From Verrucomicrobiota bacterium (lineage in GTDB: Bacteria; Verrucomicrobiota; Kiritimatiellia; Kiritimatiellales; Pontiellaceae), in contig JAJRRI010000035.1 in NCBI GenBank assembly GCA_024279685.1, positions 3,081 through 67,080 on the forward strand: a stretch of DNA of 64,000 nt, given 5' to 3'. This document shows positions 55,402 to 64,000 of this stretch, piece by piece. The notes under the pieces were generated by a model. The model saw only the letters and a program-made list of their open reading frames with translations. It ran no database searches and had not been told where the DNA came from. The first letter of the stretch is position 1, and each line of letters begins with the position of its first letter. The translations under genes were made by a program, and so were the position numbers.

Positions 55402-56118
55402 CTACATGAATTGTTTTGCATAGGCTTGGGCTTCGCGGGAGAGTTTATGCAACGAGAAGCCTTTCTCCGATCCGCCAGCCTCTAATTTGAGGTATACCTT
55501 TCCTGCTGAAAATCTAACAAATATAGCGCGGGCCGGAATTTTTTTCCCGTTGTGCATGATGGTCCACTCTCGGTATTCAGGAACGGGACCTTCATCTTCC
55601 ATCGTAGCTTTATCATCTGCGTTATCTGCTGAAGGGGTTCCTGTTTTAGCTCCTTCAGGGAGCGGGGCTTTCATAAATTCGGAAGGTATGCCTCCGATGG
55701 AAACTTTGCCGGGCGGGCCTTTTTTTGGATTAATGGGGATGGCATAGTATTTTTGATCTCCGTTCTCATCCACATCGCCAGAGTCTAGTGCGATGGATCC
55801 TTCGATCTCATTATTGGAAGGGGGATAGTTGCTTTTGTAGTAGCCGAGATAGTTCTTGTAGTTATCGAATACAATAATGTGGAAGTTCAATTTATCGAGC
55901 TTGCCTTCATAGATATGGTAGTAGGTATCGCCCACCTCGATGGATGAAACGCGTTTAATTTTAATTTTTTCTGGGAAATGTTCATCCCCAATCGCTTCTA
56001 TCGCCTCTTTGGCCTCGCGACTTTTTGGCTGATTTTTACGTTCTTGTTTTGCCAGAGCATCGGTTGTAAAGCCTGCTGCCAGTGCAAAAATAGTTATCAT
56101 ACACAGTGTTTTTTTCAT
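55402..56118 (-). CDS. Secreted hypothetical protein with C-terminal SHD1-like domain
   Basis: Signal peptide (..TTDALA). C-terminal REWT..GKKIPA.FV....KVYLK...LHKLSREAQAY resembles SLA1 homology domain 1. Confidence 0.65.
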   Translation of the reverse strand: MKKTLCMITIFALAAGFTTDALAKQERKNQPKSREAKEAIEAIGDEHFPEKIKIKRVSSIEVGDTYYHIYEGKLDKLNFHIIVFDNYKNYLGYYKSNYPPSNNEIEGSIALDSGDVDENGDQKYYAIPINPKKGPPGKVSIGGIPSEFMKAPLPEGAKTGTPSADNADDKATMEDEGPVPEYREWTIMHNGKKIPARAIFVRFSAGKVYLKLEAGGSEKGFSLHKLSREAQAYAKQFM

Positions 56119-56288
56119 CTCTGTATCCTCCTTTACGTGATCTATCCATCTTGCTGCTCGGGAAATCCAAGCTCTTATAAGTATAAGGGAATAAAATAGA
56201 GGTTTTATCTCTAAATACCATATTTTTTCACGGAATTTTTAGGCTTTTATATTTTTGACCCCAGATCAAGCGGACCAGAAAAAACCAC

Positions 56289-56317
56289 TTGGCAGGCTAA
56301 GAGGCATTCGGCATACT
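56289..56317 (+). promoter_or_regulatory. Candidate sigma70 promoter of efp
   Basis: TTGGCA-17 nt-CATACT, 40 nt upstream of the efp ATG. Confidence 0.4.
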
Positions 56318-56357
56318 GCCTGTTCTTTTTGAAAAGTTAAACCTAGAGGGAAACCCC

Positions 56358-56924
56358 ATGTACAGTGCATCCGACCTAAAGAAAGGCCTGAAAATTGAAA
56401 TCGACGGCGATCCCTGCATGATTACAAACTTCGAATTTTCCAAGCCCGGAAAGGGGCAGGCGCTCTACCGCTGTAAGATCAAAAATTTGGTCACCGGAAA
56501 CCAATTCGACAAAACCTATCGCTCCGTTGAAAAGGTCAAACGTTGCGCACTCATGTCACGCGATTTCACCTTTTCCTATATTGATAGCAACAACTATGTT
56601 TTCTCGGACAATGAAACCTACGAAGAGGTGTTGTTGAATGAGGAACTACTGGGAAACTTGAAACGCTTTATCGTCGATGATATGCAGGTGGAGATCCTCT
56701 TTCACGATGACCGCGCGCTCGACATCACCTTGCCGAACTTTGTGGAGATGGAGATTGCCGAAACCGAACCCGGTGCGCGGGGCGATACCGCCACCAATGT
56801 CATGAAGCCAGCCAAGCTCATCAATGGCTATGAAATCAACGTGCCAATTTTCATTAACGAAGGCGATGTCATCCGCCTTGATACGCGCACGGGTGCCTAT
56901 TCCGACCGTGTGTCCAAGGGATAG
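56358..56924 (+). CDS. efp: Translation elongation factor P
   Basis: SKPGKGQA loop, EPGARGDTAT, VPIFINEGD, DTRTGAY. Confidence 0.97.
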   Translation: MYSASDLKKGLKIEIDGDPCMITNFEFSKPGKGQALYRCKIKNLVTGNQFDKTYRSVEKVKRCALMSRDFTFSYIDSNNYVFSDNETYEEVLLNEELLGNLKRFIVDDMQVEILFHDDRALDITLPNFVEMEIAETEPGARGDTATNVMKPAKLINGYEINVPIFINEGDVIRLDTRTGAYSDRVSKG

Positions 56925-57770
56925 ATGATGGCTGACAGCACGATGCTTAGAAACGCTATGATGCGAAGCATCCGGGCGTTTTTTTTTGACCGTGACTTTA
57001 TCGAAGTCGAAACCCCAATTCGGTTGAAAACCCCTTGTATGGAGCAGCACATTGATGCTGAGCCTAGCGGCGATTACTTTCTACGGACCTCTCCAGAAAT
57101 CTTCCATACACGACTACTCGCCGCCGGACACGAACGAATTTTTGAGATGGGAAAATGCTTTCGTCGAGGCGAGTTTGGCCCGTTGCACCACCCTGAATAC
57201 ACCATGTTGGAGTGGTACCGCGCTAATGCCGATTACATGGATATCCTCGCCGATACTAAAGCGTTGATCCAAGCGGTCGCTGGGATTGATGATCTTGTTT
57301 GGCGTCAATGGACGGTGTCCGAAGCGTTCCTTGAATATGCCGAGTGGGATCCGGTGGGGCACTATGATGAAAATCGATTTGATATCGATTTGGTCGAAAA
57401 AGTTGAGCCTGCTTTAAAAAAAATCGGAGGGCCGATTGTGTTGATCGACTATCCGGTTGAGGCCGCCGCGCTCTCGCGTCGCAAGCCAGGTAATTCGCCC
57501 CTCGCCGAACGCTGGGAACTGTATATTGATGGGGTCGAAATCGCTAATGCGTACTCCGAACTCACGGATCCGGTTGAGCAACGCCACCGTTTCGAAGAAT
57601 GTGCCGAGCAACGCAGAGTAATGGGCAAGGCGATCTACCCGATTGATGAAGAATTTATCGAGGCTCTAGAGACGATGCCCCCGTCTGGTGGTGTGGCACT
57701 CGGCGTTGACCGCCTGCTTATGCTCATTGCGGGGGCTTCGAATCTTGATGCGGTACTACCCTTTCGTTGA
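56925..57770 (+). CDS. epmA: EF-P lysine aminoacylase (EpmA/GenX)
   Basis: FIEVETP, LRTSPE, CFRRGE..HHPEYTMLEWY, EIANAYSEL, SGGVALGVDRL. Directly after efp. Confidence 0.92.
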   Translation: MMADSTMLRNAMMRSIRAFFFDRDFIEVETPIRLKTPCMEQHIDAEPSGDYFLRTSPEIFHTRLLAAGHERIFEMGKCFRRGEFGPLHHPEYTMLEWYRANADYMDILADTKALIQAVAGIDDLVWRQWTVSEAFLEYAEWDPVGHYDENRFDIDLVEKVEPALKKIGGPIVLIDYPVEAAALSRRKPGNSPLAERWELYIDGVEIANAYSELTDPVEQRHRFEECAEQRRVMGKAIYPIDEEFIEALETMPPSGGVALGVDRLLMLIAGASNLDAVLPFR

Positions 57771-58169
57771 GAGGTTTTCAGCGTGGTATTTCGCGATATT
57801 TTTTTCCACCACTTGAAGTTGTTTTGCGACATCGTTGAGTCGAAACTCGATGGAATTAAGGATCCAGAACTGAAAGTGCTCCACCTTGTTGGCTTTGTGC
57901 ATCATCCAAATAATTTTTACCGAAACCAAGAGCACCGCGATCTCAAGGGAGAAGAGCGATGGGATGGGGGTATTGAAGCCGAAGACATAATGCAGGATAT
58001 CGTTGAGAGCCAGAAGGCTGATGGCGAGGATGAAGAAGAAGTTGATCCATCGATCTTTCTTGGCGGCATTTTTCCCCCCGATCTGTCCTACCAGTCTCCT
58101 GATCGTTTCTTTCTCTTTTTTGAATTGATCCAGTTCTGCTTTCAGTTGGATAGGGTCTAGTTCTTCCAT
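57756..58169 (-). CDS. Hypothetical two-TM membrane protein with coiled-coil ends
   Basis: 137-aa ORF with two hydrophobic segments and HFQFWILNSIEFRLN. Convergent with epmA. Confidence 0.7.
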   Translation of the reverse strand: MEELDPIQLKAELDQFKKEKETIRRLVGQIGGKNAAKKDRWINFFFILAISLLALNDILHYVFGFNTPIPSLFSLEIAVLLVSVKIIWMMHKANKVEHFQFWILNSIEFRLNDVAKQLQVVEKNIAKYHAENLSTKG

Positions 58170-58297
58170 ACATTCACTCCATTAAAAAAATGTGGGATTG
58201 AGTATTAGGTTTGAATAGGGGTTCGGCAATAAATTAGAGTGTTAATTTTTAGTGCACATGCTACAACCTGCTCCTTATTTTTTTGCGGGTGGGATTT

Positions 58298-59392
58298 ATG
58301 GGAAAGAAACTAAAGATTGTCATTGCTTGCGGAGGTACTGGAGGACACATATTCCCGGGATTGGCCACGGGATATGAGATGGTCGAACGCGGTCACGATG
58401 TAACGCTTTGGATGGCCGGAAAGGACATTGAACATGATGCCGTCAAGGATTGGCCGGGAGAGATAGTCACTATTCCTTCCGAAGGGTTTCAATTTGGTCT
58501 TTCGTTGCGCAGCGTTGGAACGCTCTACAAGTTGTTCAGAGCCTATCGATTGTCGCTTGCTCCTATGCGTAAAATAAATCCGGATGTGGTCCTGGCGATG
58601 GGAAGCTATGCTTCGTTTGGTCCGGTGAAGGCGGCAAAAAAGCTCAAAATTCCTTACGTCCTGCATGAATCGAATCTACTTCCCGGTCGGGCGGTAAGCT
58701 TGCTTGCTCGTCAGGCGAGCACCGTCGCCGTGAGCTTTGAAAAATCACGGTTCTATTTAAAGCATGGCCAGATTGAAAAAACGGGCATGCCCTTGCGTCA
58801 GGCGCTCCAACGAGCGAGTGACCGACCTTCACGCAAGCGAGGAGCGGACGATCCTTTACGCATCCTTGTGATGGGCGGAAGCAGGGGCTCTAAAGCACTC
58901 AATGAAACCGTGCCCGTAGCCATCGTTGCGGCCATCGCAAAAGGGATTAACATCGAAGTGGAGCACATTGCCGGGCTTCAGAATAGCGAGGCGGTTGAGG
59001 AAATTTATGCGGCGGCGGGCGTGCAGGCGAACGTGCACCATTGTGTTCAGCACATGGAAGAAATCTACCCTAAAATTGACCTCGCTATCTGCCGCTCAGG
59101 AGCCGCAACTTGCGCCGAACTCTCGGCCTTTGCTCTGCCCGCATTGCTGATTCCCTATCCGACGGCGATCCGCGACCACCAGATGGGGAATGCCCGTGTT
59201 TTGCAGGATTTTTCCGCTGCCGACGTCGTGGCGCAGAGCGACCTTACCGCCAGCTGGTTGCGCGACTATCTCATTCGTGTGGTCGAGCAGCCCGAGCGGC
59301 TTGAACGCATGTCAGTCGCTATGAAGAAGCGGGCGCAACCTAACGCAGGCAGCCGATTGGCGGATCTGCTCGAAAAAGTGGCCGGGCCGTAG
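58298..59392 (+). CDS. murG: Undecaprenyl-PP-MurNAc-pentapeptide GlcNAc transferase
   Basis: GGTGGHIFPG, HESNLLPG, TGMPLR, MGGSRG, CRSGAAT, LIPYP..DHQ..NA. Confidence 0.95.
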   Translation: MGKKLKIVIACGGTGGHIFPGLATGYEMVERGHDVTLWMAGKDIEHDAVKDWPGEIVTIPSEGFQFGLSLRSVGTLYKLFRAYRLSLAPMRKINPDVVLAMGSYASFGPVKAAKKLKIPYVLHESNLLPGRAVSLLARQASTVAVSFEKSRFYLKHGQIEKTGMPLRQALQRASDRPSRKRGADDPLRILVMGGSRGSKALNETVPVAIVAAIAKGINIEVEHIAGLQNSEAVEEIYAAAGVQANVHHCVQHMEEIYPKIDLAICRSGAATCAELSAFALPALLIPYPTAIRDHQMGNARVLQDFSAADVVAQSDLTASWLRDYLIRVVEQPERLERMSVAMKKRAQPNAGSRLADLLEKVAGP

Positions 59393-60687
59393 TGCTGAGT
59401 TCGGTTGATCGTGCAGAGAAAATCCTTCAGAAAGGAGGATGTGTTCATCTGGTCGGCGTGGCTGGGATCGGTATGGCAGGGATTGCCTTTTTACTTAAAG
59501 AACGCAACTTTTCCGTTAGCGGTTGCGATGTGCAGGAAAATCGTCAGACCGATTGGTTGCGAAAGGTCGGGGTCCATGTTTTTACCGGTCATGACGAAGG
59601 GCATATTACCGAACATATAGACTGGCTCATTCGATCCACGGCCGTGCCCGACACCCATCCCGAAGTGTGCCGTGCCAAGGCATTAGGCATTCCTATTTCT
59701 CGGCGAGGTGAAGTTCTTCCCGCACTCATGCGCAATCGCACCTGCATCGCGGTCGCCGGAACACACGGGAAAACCACCACGACAGCGATGATCGCCCAAG
59801 TACTCGATTGTGGGTACTGCATCGGTGGCGAGGTTTCAGGAGTGGAAGGCGTTGCAAAGGATGCTCCATTGATGGTCGTCGAGGCGGATGAATCCGATGG
59901 CACGGTCGCGGGCTACACCCCCGATTATGCCATCATCACCAACATTGAATACGACCACATGGAGCACCATGCTTCCGAGGCGGACTTTGTGGAGTGCTTT
60001 GAACATTTAATTCGCAACACCCAAGAAAAAGTTTTCTTCTGCGCAGAAGATTCGATCGCCAGTCGACTTGGTTTGGGGAATCAAAAATGTGAACCCTTCA
60101 CGCTTTTAAATCCACCGCTTCAATTGCCCATCCCCGGTCGGCATAATCAATGGAACGCCGCCGCCGCAATGGCGGTTTGCAAGGGGTGGAAAAGCACGGC
60201 GGAAATTTCCCACGCGCTGGCAAACCTCCGGCCGATCCGCCGCCGCTTTGAGCGTGTATTTGAGGGAGGCGGGATTCAAATTATCTCTGACTATGCGCAC
60301 CACCCAACCGAAGTTGCGGCACTGGTTCAAACGGCATTAGAGCTGAAACCCAAGCGATTACTCGGAATTTTCCAGCCCCACCGCTATACCCGTACGCGTG
60401 CGCTAGGGGCTGATTTTCCGTCTAGTTTTGAGGGGCTGGAAAAACTCTGGCTCGTGCCGGTCTACGCCGCTTCCGAGCCGCCGATCCGAGGCGGAACCAC
60501 ACAGGATTTGATGGCGCATTTTCCGCCGAACTCGGACCTTCGATTATCCCTTTGTGATGGGCTGGAAGCGGCTTGGGTTGAGGTTCAATCTGAATTGAAA
60601 GCCGGCGACATAGTGCTGATTATCGGAGCCGGCGATATCGAAAAAATTGCCGATCAGGCGAAAAGAAGGCTCGGAAATACCTCCTGA
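59392..60687 (+). CDS. murC: UDP-N-acetylmuramate--L-alanine ligase
   Basis: HLVGVAGIGM, STAV, AGTHGKTTTT, VEADESDG, DYAHHPTE, FQPHRYTRT, GAGDI. Confidence 0.93.
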   Translation: MLSSVDRAEKILQKGGCVHLVGVAGIGMAGIAFLLKERNFSVSGCDVQENRQTDWLRKVGVHVFTGHDEGHITEHIDWLIRSTAVPDTHPEVCRAKALGIPISRRGEVLPALMRNRTCIAVAGTHGKTTTTAMIAQVLDCGYCIGGEVSGVEGVAKDAPLMVVEADESDGTVAGYTPDYAIITNIEYDHMEHHASEADFVECFEHLIRNTQEKVFFCAEDSIASRLGLGNQKCEPFTLLNPPLQLPIPGRHNQWNAAAAMAVCKGWKSTAEISHALANLRPIRRRFERVFEGGGIQIISDYAHHPTEVAALVQTALELKPKRLLGIFQPHRYTRTRALGADFPSSFEGLEKLWLVPVYAASEPPIRGGTTQDLMAHFPPNSDLRLSLCDGLEAAWVEVQSELKAGDIVLIIGAGDIEKIADQAKRRLGNTS

Positions 60688-60731
60688 AAGTTCGGTTGTG
60701 AATCCAGTGGGTATCTGTATATTTACCATCC

Positions 60732-62213
60732 ATGGAATTCTCTAAGGCCATCCAGGAAAAGCTGAAGACCCTGACGGATGCGCCGGGGTGTTACTTAATG
60801 CGCGATCGGGATGGAAAGATTATCTATATCGGCAAGGCGGCCTCGTTGCGGAAGCGCGTACAGAGCTATTTTCGGAAACAGACCCAACGAACGGCATCGC
60901 CGAAGATCCGTAGCCTGATTCATTCCATCGAGGATTTTGATATCGTGGTGCTCAAGTCAGAAGCGGAGGCGATTCTGACCGAGGGAAAACTGATCAAAGA
61001 GTATCGCCCGCACTACAACACGCTGTGGAAGGACGACAAGCGTTTCACGATGATTCGCGTCGATGTGCAATACCCTTTTCCGACACTGGCCAAGTGTCGG
61101 ATCAAAAAGAAGGATGGCGCCTCGTATTTTGTACCCTACACTTCGGGCATGGCGGCAAAGGTGACCCTAGAGTTTTTAGAGCGTCGGTTTGGCCTCCGCC
61201 GCTGTCGGCCCCGCGAACCGGATGTAGATACATACAAACACTGTAGCAACGACATTATCGCCAACTGTTCGGCGCCGTGCATCGGGAAGGTTTCGCCGGA
61301 GGCTTATCGCGAACGAGTGGAGGAAGCTTGTGCTTTTCTGCGAGGCGAGCGGATGGAGATGCTCAAGGAATTACGTGCGGAAATGAAGGCGGTTGCGATT
61401 GAACAGCGGTTTGAAGAGGCGGCCGCGTTGCGCGATATGCTGGCGCACCTCCATCAGGCGGTAAAGGAAAAGGCGAAGGTGTGTAAGAGTCCAAAGATGA
61501 AGCAGGATGAAGCACGGTTAGGTCTGACGGAGTTGAAGAATCAGCTCCAGCTCACGGTGGAGCCCCGCGTGATTGAGTGTTTCGATATTTCCAATATTTC
61601 GGGCACTAACTCGGTGGCCAGCATGGTGTGCGCGATGGATGGAGTGCCCTATTCCAACCGCTATCGCCGTGTTCGGATTAAGACCGTCGAAGGCGCGGAC
61701 GATCCTCGCTCGATGGCTGAGGTGGTACGGCGGCGCTACTCGCGCCTGCTAAAGGAAAATAAACCGTTGCCGGATTTAGTGATGGTAGACGGCGGCATTA
61801 CCCAATTGCGTGCGGCCAAGGCGGAGCTCATGCGGCTTGGCTTGGACGCACTGCCTATCGTCGGCTTGGCCAAACGCTACGAGGAACTAGTATGGGATTC
61901 CGAATACAACTCGGGAAACCTATTTTTGCCGCGCCATTCCGCCGGACTGATGGTCGTAACGCGCCTGCGCGACGAGGCTCACCGATTTGCCATCACCTAC
62001 CATCGCGAGCTACGCCGCCAGCGGATTAAAGAATCAAGATTAGACGAAATTCCGAGCGTTGGGCCGGCGAAAAAAAATAGATTATTAAATCATTTTGGAT
62101 CCATCACTCGGCTAAATCGTGCTTCGGTTGAGCAGATCGCAGAAGCGCCAGGGATTGGCAAAAAAACCGCGGAACTCATCCGCAGCGAACTCAATAAAAA
62201 GGACTCAAAATGA
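60732..62213 (+). CDS. uvrC: Excinuclease ABC subunit C
   Basis: GIY-YIG PGCYLM..IIYIGKA, UVR domain, IECFDISN, MVDGGITQ, RDEAHRFA, C-terminal HhH. Confidence 0.96.
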   Translation: MEFSKAIQEKLKTLTDAPGCYLMRDRDGKIIYIGKAASLRKRVQSYFRKQTQRTASPKIRSLIHSIEDFDIVVLKSEAEAILTEGKLIKEYRPHYNTLWKDDKRFTMIRVDVQYPFPTLAKCRIKKKDGASYFVPYTSGMAAKVTLEFLERRFGLRRCRPREPDVDTYKHCSNDIIANCSAPCIGKVSPEAYRERVEEACAFLRGERMEMLKELRAEMKAVAIEQRFEEAAALRDMLAHLHQAVKEKAKVCKSPKMKQDEARLGLTELKNQLQLTVEPRVIECFDISNISGTNSVASMVCAMDGVPYSNRYRRVRIKTVEGADDPRSMAEVVRRRYSRLLKENKPLPDLVMVDGGITQLRAAKAELMRLGLDALPIVGLAKRYEELVWDSEYNSGNLFLPRHSAGLMVVTRLRDEAHRFAITYHRELRRQRIKESRLDEIPSVGPAKKNRLLNHFGSITRLNRASVEQIAEAPGIGKKTAELIRSELNKKDSK

Positions 62214-63400
62214 AAGTACCCACCAAACGGTTTGGACGAACGGAAGTGCAGATACCCGTGTTGAGTTGCGGCGGTATGCGCTACCAGCAGGACTGGGAAG
62301 AGATTGATCCCGATAAGATTGAGAAGGCGGGGCAAGAAAATCTGGAGGCGACCATTCATTATGCGTTGGAGTGTGGCATTAACCACATCGAAACCGCACG
62401 TGGCTATGGGTCGTCCGAGATGCAACTCGGTTGGGTCCTTCCGAAGATCGAGCGCGATCGCTTGCTGGTACAAACTAAGATTGGCGTAAAGGAATCTGCG
62501 GCGGAATTTTTGGCAGACTTTGAGATTTCGATGAACTATCTAAAACTCGATCACGTTGATTTTCTTTCGATCCATGGCATCAATAACCCCGAGTTGCTTG
62601 AGACGACGTTGAAGAAGGGCGGCTGTATGGAGGCGGTGCGGCAGCTTCAGCAGGAGGGGCGCGTACGCTTTGCGGGCTACTCCACTCACGGCGGCCCGGA
62701 GACGGCAATCCCCGCAGCAAAGTCGGGCGAGTTTGACTATGTAAATCTCCACTGGTACTACATCTATAATCAACTTCATTGGCCAATGGTCGAAGCTTCG
62801 GCCAAAGCTGACATGGGTGTTTTCATCATTAGCCCGAACGACAAAGGAGGCATGCTCTACCACCCCACACCCAAAATGGCGGGCTTATGCGATCCACTCA
62901 CACCGATGCAGTGGAACGATCTCTATTGCCTTGCCCGCCCCGAAGTTCACACCCTCAGCATCGGTGCGAGCAAACCTTCAGATTTCGACGAACATGTGGC
63001 CGCCGTCACGCAGCATTGGGCCGAGCGGGAGACGCTGGCCGGAACGATTGAGGAGCGCATGGGTCAATCCATGGAAGCTGATCTGGGCGCAGACTGGATG
63101 AACCATTGGCACGAAGGCTTGCCGCATCACACGGAAACGCCGGGAAACATTAACGTACGAGAAATCCTACGCCTGTGGACGTTCCACAAGGGACTGGGTC
63201 TAACCGAAGTCGCTACGCTGCGCTACAATCTACTGGGCAATGCAGAGCATTGGTTCCCGGGGCAACCTGCTGTGGATGTGGAGAAACAAGATTGGACGTG
63301 TCTAGCGGCCAGCCCATTTGCAGATCGAATTCCCCGTATTCTCGCCGAAGCTCACACCCTATTTGTCGAGGCTCCGGCCGAGCGGTTGAGTAAATCGTAG
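62210..63400 (+). CDS. Aldo/keto reductase family protein
   Basis: RFGRTE..PVLSCGGMR, HIETARGYG.SE, VQTK, SIHGIN, YSTHG, ISPNDKGG. Confidence 0.88.
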   Translation: MKVPTKRFGRTEVQIPVLSCGGMRYQQDWEEIDPDKIEKAGQENLEATIHYALECGINHIETARGYGSSEMQLGWVLPKIERDRLLVQTKIGVKESAAEFLADFEISMNYLKLDHVDFLSIHGINNPELLETTLKKGGCMEAVRQLQQEGRVRFAGYSTHGGPETAIPAAKSGEFDYVNLHWYYIYNQLHWPMVEASAKADMGVFIISPNDKGGMLYHPTPKMAGLCDPLTPMQWNDLYCLARPEVHTLSIGASKPSDFDEHVAAVTQHWAERETLAGTIEERMGQSMEADLGADWMNHWHEGLPHHTETPGNINVREILRLWTFHKGLGLTEVATLRYNLLGNAEHWFPGQPAVDVEKQDWTCLAASPFADRIPRILAEAHTLFVEAPAERLSKS

Positions 63401-63408
63401 ACCCAAAT

Positions 63409-63434
63409 AAAAGGGCTCCGTTGGGAGCCCTTTT
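63409..63434. terminator. Bidirectional intrinsic terminator between convergent genes
   Basis: AAAAGGGCTCC-gttg-GGAGCCCTTTT. Confidence 0.8.
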
Positions 63435-63455
63435 TCGCGTAAACAAAAGTACGAA

Positions 63456-63638
63456 TTACTTTTGTTCCTGTAGCGTCAGTTTACTTCCTGATTCAAGCCA
63501 TTCTGTCAGAATGACCTTGCAGGATTTACTGGTAGAAAGATGCATGGAGTGAGCACGCACTTCCAATTCATCGGCCATTTCTTTCGCCATATTAATACCA
63601 ATAGTTTTAGTGTTCTTTCCGATCGGCTTTGTTGACAT
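63456..63638 (-). CDS. Small protein, ribbon-helix-helix-like
   Basis: 60 aa with GAGG RBS, followed by the terminator. KTIGINM strand then two predicted helices. Confidence 0.65.
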   Translation of the reverse strand: MSTKPIGKNTKTIGINMAKEMADELEVRAHSMHLSTSKSCKVILTEWLESGSKLTLQEQK

Positions 63639-63868
63639 GTATTACCTCGTTGTTTGTTAAAGATTGTATGTATAAATGATAATTCAACTTGGTACTAGTA
63701 AAAACTACTAAAAATATTCATTGGCTCAACTTACTGCCTAATCAGCTGCCCTTAAAACAGAAGCCGAGTCAGGTCCTGGGAATTAAAGAATAAAGATGAT
63801 TTAGAGCAGTCATATTTTTGGATCAACCTGCGCTTGTTAATCTCCTGAGCGGACACTATGTTCCGCGC

Positions 63869-64000
63869 ATGTTGAATCAAAATCAAACCGGTACTAAAGG
63901 CCGCGTGGCGATTGGCATGAGTGGCGGCACCGATTCTTCGGCGGCCGCCGCCATGCTGGTCGACCAAGGCTATGAAGTCATTGGCCTTACGGCTCATATG
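63869..64000 (+). CDS. mnmA: tRNA 2-thiouridylase, N-terminal fragment (not in the ORF track, runs off the window)
   Basis: Translated by hand from ATG 63869: MLNQNQTGTKGRVAIGMSGGTDSSAAAAMLVDQGYEVIGLTAHM (SGGxDS PP-loop). Confidence 0.9.
   Translation, partial: MLNQNQTGTKGRVAIGMSGGTDSSAAAAMLVDQGYEVIGLTAHM

Noticed and set aside
1-64000. CRISPR arrays, tRNA/rRNA genes, riboswitches, prophage or defence operons
   Set aside because: I saw no spaced direct repeats, cloverleafs, rRNA-like stretches or phage/defence hallmark genes by eye. tRNAscan and Infernal runs would be needed to exclude small RNAs.

Overview
64-kb bacterial window, probably from a PVC-superphylum organism of the Kiritimatiellota/Pontiella type. 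This is an inference from the IPEPATLG..RRR PEP-CTERM style, the Y..W..DxDxD..FLRV C-terminal domains and the sugar-catabolism gene content. All family calls come from motif recognition and gene order; no database search was run. Layout: (1) 1-4.7 kb housekeeping (trpB end, yicC, gmk, GAF-PP2C phosphatase plus STAS, rsmI), then a REP-doublet-like inverted repeat. (2) 5.0-9.8 kb three-gene 2-oxoacid:ferredoxin oxidoreductase plus GltD-like flavo-FeS operon. (3) 10.7-27.7 kb aryl polyene (APE) type II PKS cluster in gammaproteobacterial gene order, with an aromatic ammonia-lyase, an ApeH-ApeI fusion, a divergent O-methyltransferase and a PagL-like barrel. It is followed by an unannotated ISL3 transposase remnant. 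(4) 28.1-54.6 kb polysaccharide and uronate utilisation island: modular secreted proteins carrying either PEP-CTERM or a different C-terminal domain, two tandem GH87-like enzymes, an SDR, an XRE-cupin regulator, a GH88-like hydrolase split by a one-base frameshift in an A7 run, a cupin, two Gfo/Idh/MocA oxidoreductases, KdgK, Eda, two sodium:solute symporters, a TIM-barrel epimerase, LutABC and a BNR-4 propeller protein. (5) 54.8-64 kb housekeeping (LMW phosphatase, efp-epmA, murG-murC, uvrC, aldo/keto reductase, small RHH-like protein, start of mnmA). I saw no rRNA, tRNA or CRISPR array. The most promising leads are a candidate alternative protein-sorting domain that swaps with PEP-CTERM on the same passenger module and also occurs internally in a GH87 fusion, a KduI-less unsaturated-uronate pathway, and the APE cluster in this lineage.
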